A DNA stretch of 64,000 bases. Source: the human T2T-CHM13v2.0 reference genome, Homo sapiens. The translations under genes were made by a program, and so were the position numbers. The DNA is taken from assembly GCF_009914755.1 (NCBI RefSeq), contig NC_060931.1. The stretch is one strand, 5' to 3'. Position 1 is the stretch's first letter. The number at the start of each line of letters is the position of its first letter. Positions 20,406 to 40,455 of the stretch are shown here, piece by piece. The notes under the pieces were generated by a model. That model saw only the letters and a program-made list of their open reading frames with translations. It did not search any database and was not told where the DNA came from.

Positions 20406-21471
20406 TAACTATGTTGCTCAGGCTGGTCTCGGATTCCTTGGCTCAAGCAATCCACCCACCTTGGCCTCCCAAAGTGCTGGGATTACAGGCGGGAGCTACT
20501 GGGCCTGTTTCATGTTTTTTATATCCATAGGTTCGCAACTCTTATACTTTTCCTTTGTGGCACCCATCATAAATCGCAGTCATTTGTACTGCCATGATCT
20601 GTGTACTCTCCCACACCAGCCTAGAGACTTCTGCTTATTTTCTGCCGCATCCTCAGTTCCCAGCTCTGTAGGTGTTCACAAGCATGAATTCAACACTGTG
20701 CGAAAGAACTGAAGCTCACGTAGTCCACAACTTCCCCCAGTGTGGGGTGTGTGCCACCAGTGCTACACAAAGTGTTAGGTGGTGTGCAAACATTTTGTAT
20801 TTTAATAGTTATACACTTGTTTTAATGTGAATTAGAAAAAATATAAGAAAGACAACAAAGGTGTTATAGATACTAATAATTAGGACAAGTTGAAAGGTTT
20901 AAAAAAATACGTTACTAAGTAAATGATGGTATAGAGATCATTTAAGCATGGCAAATGTAATAAAAATGACACACACACAACAGTTTAAGTAAAACTGACT
21001 CAGTGGCAAAGAAAAAAGATAGAAGCCTATAGACAGTTCCTCACACAGCAGCGAAATGAGACACTGCAACTAGGAGTCCTGCTTTCGTTCCTTGTTATGT
21101 ACCAACTTGCTGGATTTCTCTGGGGACTCTGTAATTTCCCACGGCTTGAAAATATAATAGTTACCGCTCTTACTTACAGAGTTATCAAGAGCTTTAGATT
21201 TATCATACTTAAGGAACCTAAAATAAAAAAGTTCTAACTTCAAAGTATTTTAATTAACTACTGTTTTGAAACCAAAAATGTATGCTTACTGATAGCTCGT
21301 TTAGTCCCAGTTATATATACAAGGTGGTCTGAAAGTTTTAAAGTCAAGAACAGCATATTAAGACATTATTTTTGGAGCATTTTAATTAAAAATACACAGC
21401 TGACATAAATTAAGTGTCCATAGACCTGTGCACTGTAGATGAAATACATTCCTGTGGATGGCATACCATAC

Positions 21472-21572
21472 CTTCATAGATGTGTTATACAATGAAATAA
21501 ATGAAGTAAAAAGATCCAGGTAACGAGTTGTGAAGACCAGTGCAAACAGAAGCTGGCTTTTCCCAGAAATAC
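21472..21572 (-). CDS. KDELR2: KDELR2 coding exon 2 (101 nt)
   Basis: TTCTCTAG|GTATTTCTGGG acceptor and AAG|GTATGG donor. Encodes (G)[33 protein letters not shown]. Phase fits exon 1 (91+101=192). Confidence 0.97.
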
Positions 21573-24119
21573 CTAGAGAAACAGAAGGGAAGTATTAGAA
21601 GGGCCTGAAGAGCTTTGGGATTCCTGTGGATCACACTGTGCAGGGAGTGCAGACAGGGAAGGAGGGGTGCGTGGGGTCAAGGCCCAGGTCTAGGGATGGC
21701 TCTGAATGAACAAGAGCAGTTGTAGTTTTTCTATCCCTTCCCATTCCCAAACATGCTCCTTTTGGGAGGCTCTAACAGGCTTTTCTGTCTCACTATAAAG
21801 GGCGACCACAGGAAAGGGGCTTTATTATGCCAGGATGTGTATCATTCAAACGAACCTTTTACTTCTCAAATATATCACCTTAAGTAGGAACAAATTTCTC
21901 AATAATTCTGCTGTCATTTAGTGTTATAACTTGTCTCTTACATTCAGATTTTTCTTTTTTGTTTTCCCCTGAGACAGAGTCTCCCTCTGCTGCCCAGGCT
22001 GGAGTGCAGAGGCACGATCAAGCTCACTGTAGCCTTGACCTCCTGGGCTTCAGCAATCTTCCCACCTCGGCCTCCAGAGTAGGTGGGACTAGAGGTGTGA
22101 ACTACCACACCCAGCTAATTTTTAAACAAATTTTTTGTTCACCATGTTGCCCACACTGGTCTTGAACTCCTGGGCCCAGCTTCCCAAAGCGTTGGCATTA
22201 CAGGTATGAGCCATGTCGCCTGGTCCCTTCTTTGTATGGTAAAACAGTATCTCCATGGTGAGAAATCTTTTGAGAACGGAGATGGAGTCTACTGTCATTA
22301 AGGGGGATGAGGAGTAGATGAGAAGCACCGACTCAGGTAAGAGTTGGGCAGGAACTCCCGCTGGAATAATGGCATCGCATCCCATGGTGACTTCTTTGCT
22401 AAGAGCGGCAATTACTTGGATATGTTAAGATTTTTAAAGCTTCCCTCTCAGTTAGGCATAGTGGTCATGCCTATAATCTCCACATATAGGGGGGCTAAGG
22501 CGGGAGAATCGCTTGAGCCCAGGAGTTTGAGACCAGACTCCATCTCTACGAAAAATAGAAAAGTGATAGCCAGGCAAGGTGGCACACACCTGTGGTCCCA
22601 GCTACATGGGAGGTTGAGGTGGGAGGATTGCGTGACTCCAGGAGGCTGAGGCTGAGTGAGCTGTGGTCACATCCCTGCACTCTAGCCTGGGTGACAGAGC
22701 AAGACCCTGTCTCAAAAAATAAATTAATTACAATAAAATAGAAATTCCATTGTATTTGTATAAAAATGTTCCTGAATGCTAGGACAACATGAAGGTATGA
22801 ACCCACAACTACAGCTGGTCTTCAAAAGCAGCTGTCTTTTTTAAAGCCTTGAAACTGTGTTTCCACTTCCAACCACCAACCCACCTCCAGAGCACTGCAT
22901 GGCACAGCCACACTCAGCCAGGAAGGCTGGACATTTATGTGGTGTGCACACAGCTTTTCTGACATCTATATTTGGCCAAATATTTATGTGACAAAGGACG
23001 CGAACTATGGGTTTCAGATGCTGGAGACTGAGCAAATGCATTAAAGAAACTGAAGGCTGACTAAATGTCAGAACCCACCCACCCTCATCTATAATGCATA
23101 CTTCACACCACTACACATTTTAGTAAGTATGAATTTAACAGAAAAGTCACTTCACCCAAATCATTCACAACACTCCTCTGGAACGTGAAAAGCACATTAT
23201 TTTTCTTTTCTTTTTTTGAGACTGGGTCTCACTCTGTTGCCCAGGCTTGAGTGCGGTGGCACAAGTACAGCCCACTGCACCTTTGACCTCCCTGGGCTGA
23301 GGTGATCCTCCCACCTCAGCCTCCTGAGTAGCTGGGACTACAGGTGGGTGCACCACCACACCTGGCTAATATTTGTATTACATGTTGTTTTTCAATATTT
23401 TATGAACAATCATTTTGCAGCTTGCTGAAACTGAAAACCTGAATGTAAGAATGTTACTTTCTCAGATGAATAACTGTAGTCTCAGCCTATTCACATACAC
23501 ATCTAAATAGAAATGGAAAAAAATGTTGATGCCACCCTTCCAGATCCATCAATAGAAACCAAAGGGCCAAAGGAGGAGACACGGACAGTGAATCTGCTCT
23601 GCTTAGTCTTTTCCCCGTAACGGATAACTGATTTCTTCCTACAGAGACCAATGTTCCAAAGGGGAAATGACAAGGCTGCTGCTAACCAAGAAACTGGGAG
23701 GTTTCAGAGGGGGAAGAAGAAAGAACAGGGAGCAGTCAGACCATACCTGGTGTTTGTTGAAGCCTTGAGAAATCAATTTCCAGCTTATTTCCTATATGGT
23801 TCTTTCCAATATTTTAAATATAAACATACAGGATACAAGTAGGTGAATTTTGTGGGAAAGGGTTTTACTCTAACAGAACTTTGGAAGCCAGGCAGATTTG
23901 AAATTGTGTCCTCATTCCCAGCATTCCTATACTGAAAACCAGGGACCATCATATTGTCTTTACCAGCCCCCGTGGGGACCCAGCTCATATCCCACCTCCT
24001 CTGGGATGTCATCTCTGAAGATACCCTCCCTCAGGACTGTTGATTCATTCAGCAAGCACATAAGGGGAACTGCTTCATGCCAGCTGCTGCCCTAGCTCCA
24101 ATTACAGTACTTATAAAAA

Positions 24120-24290
24120 TACACTGTGATGATGTGGTTCCTGCCTCTCCTCTCCCCAAAAACCTCACTCAGTACCAAGATCTTTAAAGGCTGGGGTCAT
24201 GCCTTATTCCATCTTGTATTCCCTGCATGGGACACTGGGCCCTGACACACAGCAGGACTCAGAAAATATTTGCTGAATGAATAAATGGAC
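24120..24290 (+). mobile_element. L2 3' end fragment
   Basis: ...CACACAGCAGGACTCAGAAAATATTTGCTGAATGAATAAATG, the typical L2 tail. Confidence 0.6.
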
Positions 24291-25074
24291 AAAAGAAAAT
24301 GGGATTCATTTTATCTTCATGTCATGGGGTCAAATTCTCATTTTGTGGTATTTTGGGAGAACACTTCTGAAGAATGTCCAGGTCATACTGTGTCTCTGTG
24401 ACTGTAAATAGGGCTCTGCCCTAATTAACTACTAGCTAGAGGGCGAGAGAGCCCCAGGTGCGCACAGGGCAGTGTGTGGTTTGAAGCCGGTCCATGGAGT
24501 AGCGTCCACGCAGGACAGCCTTGCTGGAAATCTGCGGATGCTAACGTGGTCCCACACTGTTCTTCCCCAGCCTGAGATCCTGATTAGGAAGTAGCAGCTT
24601 CTTCCTTTAAAACAACAAAACTGTCCTGTCTTCATAGGAAAATGGGAATCCTAGCTGAAGACAGAAGGGGGTGGGGCAAGAATCTCCTGGAGGGGTTGGG
24701 AGTAGAATACCTGCTATTAAACCAGAGCAGCTCCTAGTCGGCTTCTCTCCACTTTGAGATCAAAGCATGCTAAGGTTACCAGGTAATAAGATCTCCCAGA
24801 ATACTCACTTTTGTAAATGTTTCTGAAACTGATATCCCCTTACCAAATACACCAAACATCTATATTAAGGAGTACAACTTGTTAAATGGAAATCAGTCAT
24901 TAAACAACATCATTCTTGTCTTATCCTACTGGGCCAGGTTAAATGTCTTTTGTTTTCTGTTTTGTTTTCGAGATGGGGTCTCTCTCTGTAGCCCAGGCTG
25001 GAGTAGACTGGTGCAATCATAGCTTCCAGCCTTGACCTCCTAGGCTCAAGCAATCTTCCCAATGAGGTATTATA

Positions 25075-25230
25075 TATTACAAAATAGTTAGAAGTTTTCA
25101 AATGAAGAAATGATAAACACATGAGGTGACGGAAATAACTACCCAGATTAGACTATACAACATACACATGTATTGAAACATCAAACTGTACCCCATAAAT
25201 AGATCCAATCATAATGTATCAATTAAAAAA
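25075..25230 (+). mobile_element. L1MA 3' end fragment
   Basis: CATGTATTGAAACATCAAACTGTACCCCATAAAT...TCAATTAAAAAA, typical of an L1MA terminus. Confidence 0.6.
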
Positions 25231-26026
25231 TTTTAATCCGTAACCCCAAATAATGCAAATTAAAACACATAAACCAAAAATAAGACATGAACATTTTAAA
25301 ATTTGATATTGTCAAATTTCTCCTAGAAAGGCTATGCCAATTTACGTATCTACTAACACCAAATGCAAAGACCCTTTCTTCACATCCTTGCCAACATTTT
25401 CCTACCCAGTGGTATGTACTGCTGTTCTTTTTTCTTTGCTTGCCCGCCCCCCGGTTTTTTTTTTGAGACAGAACCTCACTCAGTTGCCCAACCCAGGGTA
25501 TAATGGCATGATCACAGCTCGCTGCAGCCTGGGGCTTAAGCGATTCTCCCTCCTTAGCCACCTGAGTAGCTAAGACACAGGTGCACGCCACCACGCCCAG
25601 CTAATTTTTCATTTTTTTTGTAGAGACAGGGTTTCACTATGTTGTCCAGGCTGGTCTCAAGCTCCTGGCCTCAAGTGATCCTTTAGCTTTGACCTCCCAA
25701 AGCGCTGCCACCACACCTGGCCGCACTGCTATTTTCATATTCAAATTCCTAACTCCTAGCAAGACTAAGCATCCTTTCATGCTTCATTGGTCTTTCGTTA
25801 TTCTTCAGTGAATTGCCAACTTTGCCCATTTTTCAGCTGGGTTTTTATTTGTAGGAGTACTTTATTATAGATATTAACCTTTTGTCACTTAGGTATATTA
25901 CAGATTATTTCACTCAGTTTATTGTCTTTAGCTTTGATACTATTCTGAATTAAGAAATCAATTTGGAGAGATGTCATCTTGCTTCCTCACCAGCCTTCCT
26001 GGGTGCTCTCCAGGACCGTAGTATGA

Positions 26027-26307
<281 letters not shown>

Positions 26308-28549
26308 TGACTCAGGTGATCCACCTACCTCGGCCTCCCAAAGTGCTGGAATTACAGGTGTAAGCCACCGTGCTCGGCCATCTTTTGTACATTTTCCTAT
26401 CATTTCAACTACATTGCAGCTTTCTTGAGAATAGAAACTTTTCTCTCTTTTGTTTGTCTTTTGTTTTTGAGACAGTCTCACTCTGTCACCCAAGCTGAAG
26501 TGCAATGGTGTGATCACGGCTCGCTGCAACCTCGACTTCCTGGGCTCCAGTAATCCTCCCCACTCAGCCTTCTGAGTAGCTGGGACCACAGCGCACCACC
26601 ACGGCTGGCTAACTTTTGTATTTTTGGTAGAGACAGGGTTTCACCATGCTGCCCAAGCTGGTTTTGAACTCCTGTGCTCAAGTGATCCACCCACCTTGGC
26701 CTCCTAAAGTGCTGGAATTACAGGCATGAGCCACTAAGACCGGCCAAGAACAAAAACTTTTTTTTTGTTTGTTTGTTTGATTTTTTGAGACAGAGTCTCC
26801 CTCTGTCACCCAGGTTGGAGTGCAGTGCACAGTCTCGGCTCGCTGCAAGCTCCACCTCTCGGGTTCATGCCATTCTCCTGCCTCAGCCTCCCAAGTAGCT
26901 GGGACTACAGCCGCCCGCCACCATGCCCGGCTAATTTTTTTGTATTTTTAATAGAGATGGGGTTTCACCGTGTTAGCCAGGATGGTCTGGATCTCCTGCC
27001 CTCAAGATCCGCCCGCCTTGGCCTCCCAAAGTCCTAGGATTACAGGCGTGAGCCACCACGCCCAGCCAAGAACAAAAACTTTTAATAGCTACAAGCTGCT
27101 GCTCTGAATTGTGTGCCAGTGCCTTGCACATAGTGGGTGGTCAATAAATGAGAGTAATGATTACTCAGAGACTGGCACTCAAAAGAGCACAGGCCAAACA
27201 GCTACAGAGGGAGCTGCATATGTGAAGCAAAAGCTTCTTGGAGTACTCCACATCTTACCCACTATATTACTCCAAAAATATCAACTGTCCCATATCTGAA
27301 ATGTATGGACACCATAAGATCCAGTATGGGGTTTGGTAGGATGAAAAGTTTACAACCTACATAACAGCTAACAACAATCTAAGCAACAGGGGAAGGAGGG
27401 AAGGAGACAGACTAGAGGGGGAAGGCCCGGGGTCGTGGATCTCAGAAAGACTCCTCTAGCTACAGTAGATACACACTACTGATAACTAGCTACAGTAATA
27501 CACACTACTAATAGACACAGCACTACAGTAGATACAGCACTAATAACCATTGGCCTACAGGAAAATTTGAATAGGAAGCCCTTCATCTAAAACCACCGCT
27601 TGTTCTTCCGAGGTTATGTAGGTCAGTGTTTAGGACAAAAATAAAGTGACAACTTGAGCATACCGTGGATCGAGCTGCAATGATAATTCAGAATAGGAGA
27701 AACTCACATTCCATGTTGACACCCTTCTGTAATGACAACAGCAGATACAGCCACAAGAGAATGCAGCCTCAAACATGATCAACTCACTGCCCCCACTTTA
27801 AAACGGTCCTTAAAGGCAGCTGTTCTGGAATCTGCCTATGAGGAACACAGAATCTCCAGCTTCCACACGAGTCAGCCTCATCCCTGATCCTTATGGGGTA
27901 AAAAGCACCATGGTTCCGAGACTAAAACAGCATTTTCAAAATCAGTGCTAAAATCCTAAAAATGAACCTTGGTATGAGTATTTTCAAAATGAGAAACACA
28001 ATCTGGATGCACGTTTCTCCTATTCCAGTCATTTGAGAAACTCATATCAAATTCTTACTCTTTCAAAAGACTCTAAACAACTTTTATAATTTAGTATGGA
28101 AAAATAAAGCAGCTTGTCAAAGTTAGCATTTAATTCTGAATAAATGATCTGGGTGATTTACTTAAAATCAGGAAAACACACAAACCAGGACAGAAATCAT
28201 CCTAAGTCTGAGAACAAGAACAATTTAATAATGTCCCGGGAATACTTGGCAAACACACACACACGAAGTTAACTCATCTATTTCACTTCCTTCGTTAGCA
28301 TTTTAGCTGAAGTATTTCATATTTTCCTTATATGCCCCTGAATCTCTCAAATGAAAACAGTGAATAGTAAAAAACAAACGGCCAGGCGCAGTGGCTTACG
28401 CCTGTAATCCCAGCACTTTGTGAGGCCGAAGCGGGCGGATCATGAGGTCAGGAGACCGAGACCAGCCTGGCCAACATGGTGAAACTCTGTCTCTACTAAA
28501 AATACAAAAATTAGCCGAGCGTGGTGGCAAGCGCCTGTAGTCCCAGCTA

Positions 28550-28654
<105 letters not shown>

Positions 28655-29189
28655 TCAAAAAAAAAAAAAAAAGAAAGAAAAAAAAATCATTATTCTGAAG
28701 TTGCACTAAATTCTCCCAAATATCTTAGTTTGGATAAAAGTTTAGGAGACAGCACACTTCAAGGCTTAATGATTTGCCAGAGGAGGGGATTCTGAAAAAC
28801 ATATAGAAGAAAATGAAGAGACTCACACAAAGATTTTGAAGCAAAACTAAAGATTAAAAGTAACATCGCCGGGCACTGTGGCTCACACCTGTACCCAGCA
28901 ACTCAGGAGGCTGAGGAGGGAGGATCGCTTGAGCCCAGGAGTTTGGGGCTGTAGTGAGCCGTGACACAGCCATTGCACTCCAGCCTGGGGGACAGAGTGA
29001 GACATCGGTCCCACTGTTTTAAACAAACAAACAAACAAACAAACAAAAAAACTAACATCATCTGAGTGTAACAAAAAAGGATCTAAACATCGTGGTTTGG
29101 TATCAAATGTTTATTTAGGCTCCCTTAGACATTCATCTATCCAATCCTTTGAGTTACTAATTGTGCTTCAATCCTGGCTCTATCACTAA

Positions 29190-29570
<381 letters not shown>

Positions 29571-30439
29571 TAAGGTTATTTTAATGACTACCTGGGATAA
29601 GCCATATAAAGCACTCGGCTGACTACTTGATATACAGCAAGTGCCTAAACATCACTTACCCAAACTGCAGCAGTTATTTGCTGTCACTGGAAATCATACA
29701 GTTGAACCTCTCAGAACTATGTATCAACTGAGAGATAACCTCCAAGTCAAACACACTGGCACATGGACTTTGTAACACCCATCTTAACTGTTCAAAGGTC
29801 TTTTTGGTTTTGCTTACTTCCCGGATCTCAGTTATGTTCCAAGGAGACAGGCGAGGCCTGCAGACAGCAGATTCAGAGATGTAAGTGTGACTTTAGACGC
29901 CAAAATTTTTAGAAATAAATCAGGTAAATAGAGTCTCTGCACCCAGATAATTCAGGATCATCTTTTACTGCCTCTGAAAAAATTAAGTTCTTGAGTTCAA
30001 CAAAAATTATTTTGCCGAGCATCAAAAATAAGTTTAAGGGATTTTTAAGAAAGTTAAAGCCTGGGCAACATGGTGAAACCTTGTGTCTACAAAAAATAGC
30101 AAAAAAAAAAAAAAAAAAAAAGTTAGCCAGGCATGGTGGTGCACGCATGGAGTCCCAGCTATTCAGGAGTCTGAGGCAGGAGGATTACCTGAGCCAGGGG
30201 AGGTAGAGGCTGCAGTGAGCAGTGATCACACACTGCACTCAAGCCTGGGTGACAGAGCGAGACCCTGCCTCCAAAAAAAAAAAAAATAAGTTAAAAACTC
30301 TCAATTATTATACCTTTAAAATTAACGAAATGTAAAAGTCCAAAACTATTATCTGGGAAAGACTCGTTTCACTGCCGCCTAGCAGTGCCTGCATGAAATC
30401 TGTACTCTTGATCAGGGAACCAGCCAGCTCACTGGTGAC

Positions 30440-31640
30440 GTGGAGCAACGAATTGCAGGAGCCCATAGGAGGCCTCGGCGGTCCCCGGGCGCCGCAGTTT
30501 TAAGAGAACCCATTATTAGATGGAGGCACTTAAAAACCAGATCGTTTCCCAAAGCAGCATTAATTACGCCAAGAAAATCACTGACGACCTCTCGGCAAGC
30601 CCCTCCCCAGCGGTGTGATCCTGGACCCAAGGTGATGCCCACACAACACTTAAGGACAGGTCTGACCCGACCCCACTACACCACACCTAGAGCCCGGTCT
30701 TGCACGGGCAGGGTGGGGAGCCGAGTGACCTCTCCCGGCGCCCGCCCCACCTCCCGAGCTGGCTGGGCTGCCACGTCAGGCGCAGCCGGCCACGATCCTG
30801 CCCATCCTCCTCCCGCCCGTCCCATTGATTCGCGGGTTTCCTGCAACCCCGGGACCCCCACGGGAGATCCCGGCCGGAGAAGCGCCCCCATTCAAGCCCA
30901 GAGAGGGGCCACGCCTGTCGGACCCCCCGTCCCACGCCAACTTTTCAGACACAGCAGGGCCCCGCGCAGCCGGGTGCGCTCCGACAGCTCAAGTTCACGC
31001 GGGGACCGACTGCAGAGCGGGGTCCGGCGCTGCGACACCCGGCCCGGAGCCCACCCCGAGGGCCCGCAGGCCGCTGCCCCCCGGGTCCGGGCACCCGTTA
31101 GGCCGGCCGAGGGGGTGTGTCGGGCCGGCGCAGGCCCCGCGAGCCGTGGGGTGGCCGAGGTCGGCGGGTCCTCGGCGAGACCCGGCCCCCACGCCCGAGC
31201 CTCTCCGGGCCTTCCCCCGCCGCTCACCGGCGCAGGAGCGCGTCTTCCAGATCTTCAGCAGCAGGATGACGATGGCCGCCAGGTGGGACAGGTCCCCAGT
31301 CAGCCGGAAAATGTTCATGGCGGCGGCGGCGGTGGCGGTCGGCGCAGCGCGGCGGCCCCGGGGCTGGGCGGCTCAGGAGGCGGCGGCCCCTGAGAGGAAG
31401 CGGCGAAGATGGCGAGATCGCCCGCGACGTGGCCAGGGACGTGGCCGAACTGCCGGCGCGCGCGCGCGCGGGGCACCCTGGGAGAGCGGGGCCAGGCCCC
31501 GCCCCTTAAAGGGGGCGCGCCCCAGCGCAGGCTCAGCAGGTCAGCTCGCAGGGACTCCCTTGCAAGAAGACCCCGGACTCTGCCAAATTTTCCCTGCCGG
31601 GTTTCCGGCTTCTCCTCGGGTGCCAGCAGTTTCCTTTACT
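30440..31640 (-). promoter_or_regulatory. KDELR2: KDELR2 CpG-island promoter, 5' UTR and start of intron 1
   Basis: Very CpG-dense. GC box GCCCCGCCCC at 31496-31505, YY1-type CGCCATCTT (minus) at 31406-31414, alternating CG run at about 31456-31470, GACGTGG motifs at 30436, 30771, 31426 and 31438. Confidence 0.9.
31228..31318 (-). CDS. KDELR2: KDEL receptor 2 (ERD2 family), coding exon 1 (91 nt)
   Basis: GCCGCCGCC-ATG at 31318 encodes MNIFRLTGDLSHLAAIVILLLKIWKTRSCA(G), including Arg5 and His12. GTGAG donor begins at 31227. Confidence 0.98.
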
Positions 31641-32263
31641 TTTTTGAAATAACACTCCCTGGGGATCTTTTCTTTCCTCCCACATATCAAAAGAGCTCTA
31701 CAGGCCTATTGTATGAAAAAGTGTAAGAGAAGGCCGGGTGCGGTGGCTCATGCCTGAAATTCTAGCAGTTTGAGAGGCCGAAACAGGAGGATCCTTTGAG
31801 CCTAGGAGTTCGAGACCAGCCTGGGCAACCTAATGAGAGTTCCTCCACCCCCCGTCTCTACAAAAATTTTTTAAAAAATTAGCCAGGCCTGATGGTGGGT
31901 GCCTGTAGTACCAGCTATTTTAAAGGCTAAGGCAGGAGGATTGCTTGAGCCCAGGACATCGAGGCTGCGGTGAACCATGATTGTACCACTGTATTCCAGC
32001 CTGGACGACTGAGTGAGACCCTGTCTCAAACAAAACAAAACAAAACAAAACAAAAAAAAGTACAAGAGGAAAAAAATTGATTTCTGATTGCCTCACTCAA
32101 GATAAGGTCAACATTGAAGGTGGAGGTGGAAGATGCAGTTTATGTAGGGGTCTGAAGATTTTACCATTCTGGGGACTGTCTTTAAGAAAGAGAATCCAAA
32201 ATTAGGTAGAAAAGTGAACGTCTGACCGGGCGCGGTGGCTCATCCCTGTAATCCCAGCACTTA

Positions 32264-32563
<300 letters not shown>

Positions 32564-32596
32564 TCACAAGAAATTGCAAACAAAAAAAGCTGACAA

Positions 32597-34897
<2,301 letters not shown>

Positions 34898-34989
34898 TCT
34901 CACAGATAATGAAGAACACAAAATTCAGAAAATAATACTTTTATTGATTAACTACCTCACGCACTTCTGTAATAGTCTTTTCTCTACAG

Positions 34990-35379
<390 letters not shown>

Positions 35380-35382
35380 TGA

Positions 35383-35830
<448 letters not shown>

Positions 35831-36009
35831 TAGAGACAGGGTTTCACCGTGTTAGCCAGGATGGTCTCAATCTCCTGACCTCGTGATCCACCCGCCTCAG
35901 CCTCCCAAAATGCTGGGATTACAGGCATGAGCCACTGCACCCAGCCTGTAATACTAGTTAACCAGATTGTTAGCACTCCTTGTATGTAAATAGTTCAGTG
36001 CTTTTGGAT

Positions 36010-37176
<1,167 letters not shown>

Positions 37177-37316
37177 TGTTGGGGAAAAAATAATGAAAAT
37201 AATATCTCCTGCTAACCCAGTAAAACTTCTGCTCCAAATGTAGAAAAGAATGAAATAGTTTTATTAATGAATCAGCATCAGACTAGACTGTGATGAGCAT
37301 CACTGGCAGTCCATCA

Positions 37317-37685
<369 letters not shown>

Positions 37686-37944
37686 TTAATAGTCTTTACC
37701 CAAAAGAAAAAAGAAAACTTCTTATATTTTTGTCTTGTTTTTATTTTTTATTTTATTTTCACTTTTTGCTGGGATTATAGGCACACACCATCACACCCAG
37801 CTAAATTTTTTTTGTATTTTTAGTAGAGACGGGGTTTCACCATGTTGGTCAGGCTGGTCTTGAATGCTTGACCTCAAATGATCCGCCCACTTTGGCCTCC
37901 CAGTGTGCTGGATTACAGGCATGAGCCACCGCACCCGGCCTAAA

Positions 37945-38377
37945 TTTCTTTTTTAAAAATAATTTTACTTAATGTATTGAACCATCAGTGGTTAGCTCTC
38001 TTCCACATTGCCTGTCTATAGATTTGTGAAAGTGGTAACAGGTATATGTAGGAACCAAAGCATAGAGCTTGTCTGGTGAATCTTCATCCTCATTAAGTTT
38101 TCTGGGCAACTTCATATGGATATGGTATGGGACATTCCTTATTCCTTTGGCCCAGAGAGCTTTGTTGAGCCTCACATCAATGTGCAAATTTGGAGTCCCC
38201 ATCTCCTTCATGGCGAATTTCTGGATCTCTCTGTGTGCCCGAGGGGCACTTCTTGAAGCCCACTCCACCCATGCGCTGGTGTATTCTGGGGTAACCGCCT
38301 CACTAATGGCGGAACGACCTTTCTTCTCGCCACCCTTCTTTGCAGAAGCCATCCTGCAAAGCCCCAGTTGGAAAAGG
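37945..38377 (-). pseudogene. RPL31P: Processed pseudogene of ribosomal protein L31
   Basis: Intronless. [18 protein letters not shown]...FAMKEMGTP...[16 protein letters not shown]...[11 protein letters not shown] matches RPL31. Retains a pyrimidine-rich 5' leader (CCTTTTCCAAC) and an A-rich 3' remnant, and carries indels. Confidence 0.93.
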
Positions 38378-38431
38378 TGGAATCAAATTTCAACATGAGG
38401 TTTGGATGGTACAAACATCCAAACCATAGCA
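38378..38431 (+). mobile_element. MST/MaLR LTR 3' end fragment abutting the pseudogene 5' end
   Basis: AAATTTCAACATGAGGTTTGG...ACAAACATCCAAACCATAGCA resembles the MST LTR end. Confidence 0.6.
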
Positions 38432-39294
38432 CCCAGTAAAACTATCTCTTAAGAACCTGGGTAAGCCAGGTGCGGTGGCTCATACCTGTAATCCCAGCAC
38501 TTTGGGAAGCCGAGGCAGTGGGTCGAGATCGCACCACTGCACTCCAGTCTGGGCGACAGAGCAAGACTCCATCTCAATTAAAAAAAAGAAAAGAAAAGGG
38601 GAAGGAGAGGGTAGCAGCCGCCGAGGTCTAGAACTGTCCAGCATGCTGCGTGGACAGCGGTGGGAAGGGTTTATTTACCAGTGAAGGGGAAAGAGCTAGT
38701 TGATAGTGATTTGTGGTCACTGATGGAGTGAGAGCTTGGGAAGGCAGGTGCCCAGCATAGACAGGGAATTCACTCTGAATTGGAGGAGTGGGGAGGGAGG
38801 CCTGGATGCCCTGTGATGAGGATGGGAGCCGATGCATACAACTTTGTAGAAGAGGCATGGGGTGGGAGAATCCTGTCTGATAGAATCCTTTTTTTTCTTT
38901 TTTTTGAGATGGAATCTTATTCTGTCGCCCAGGCTTGAGTGCAACGGCACGAGCTCAGCTCATTCTAACCTCTGCCTCCCGGGTTCAAGCAATTATCCTA
39001 CCTCAGCCTCCTGAGTAGCTGGGATTACAGTCCCCCACCACCACGCCTGGCTAATTTTTTCTATTTTTAGTAGAGACAGGGTTTCTTTGTGTTGGCCAGG
39101 CTGGTCTCAAACTCCTGACCTCCAGTGATCCACCCTCCTTGACCTCCCAAAGTACTGGGATTACAGGCATGAGCCTCAGTGCAGCCTCTGCTTGATAGAA
39201 TCTTTTCTCTGTGAAGCATCATCAACTCATACAAAAATCTTTGAGGCCTCCTTGAGACTAAGGACTATTATATCTTTGGCACCTGAAAGGAGGG

Positions 39295-40320
<1,026 letters not shown>

Positions 40321-40394
40321 GGAACAGGAAGAGAGAAAAGAAGTAAGGGTTTTATGTTGAAACCCCCAGCATCTGTGGCCCTTAGAGTGCTGAT

Positions 40395-40396
<2 letters not shown>

Positions 40397-40452
<56 letters not shown>
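40397..40452. repeat. (GT)28 microsatellite
   Basis: Read directly. Confidence 0.97.

Positions 40453-40455
<3 letters not shown>

Noticed and set aside
31503-31513. CCTTAAAGG as a CArG box or TATA box
   Set aside because: Only five A/T bases lie between CC and GG (a CArG box needs six), and it is a poor TATA match in a CpG-island promoter.
30440-31652. Long plus-strand ORFs (317 aa at 30440-31393; 275 aa at 30825-31652) antisense to KDELR2 exon 1
   Set aside because: They start at non-ATG codons and have Arg/Pro/Gly/Ala low-complexity composition. Stop codons are scarce in CpG islands, and no domain is recognisable.
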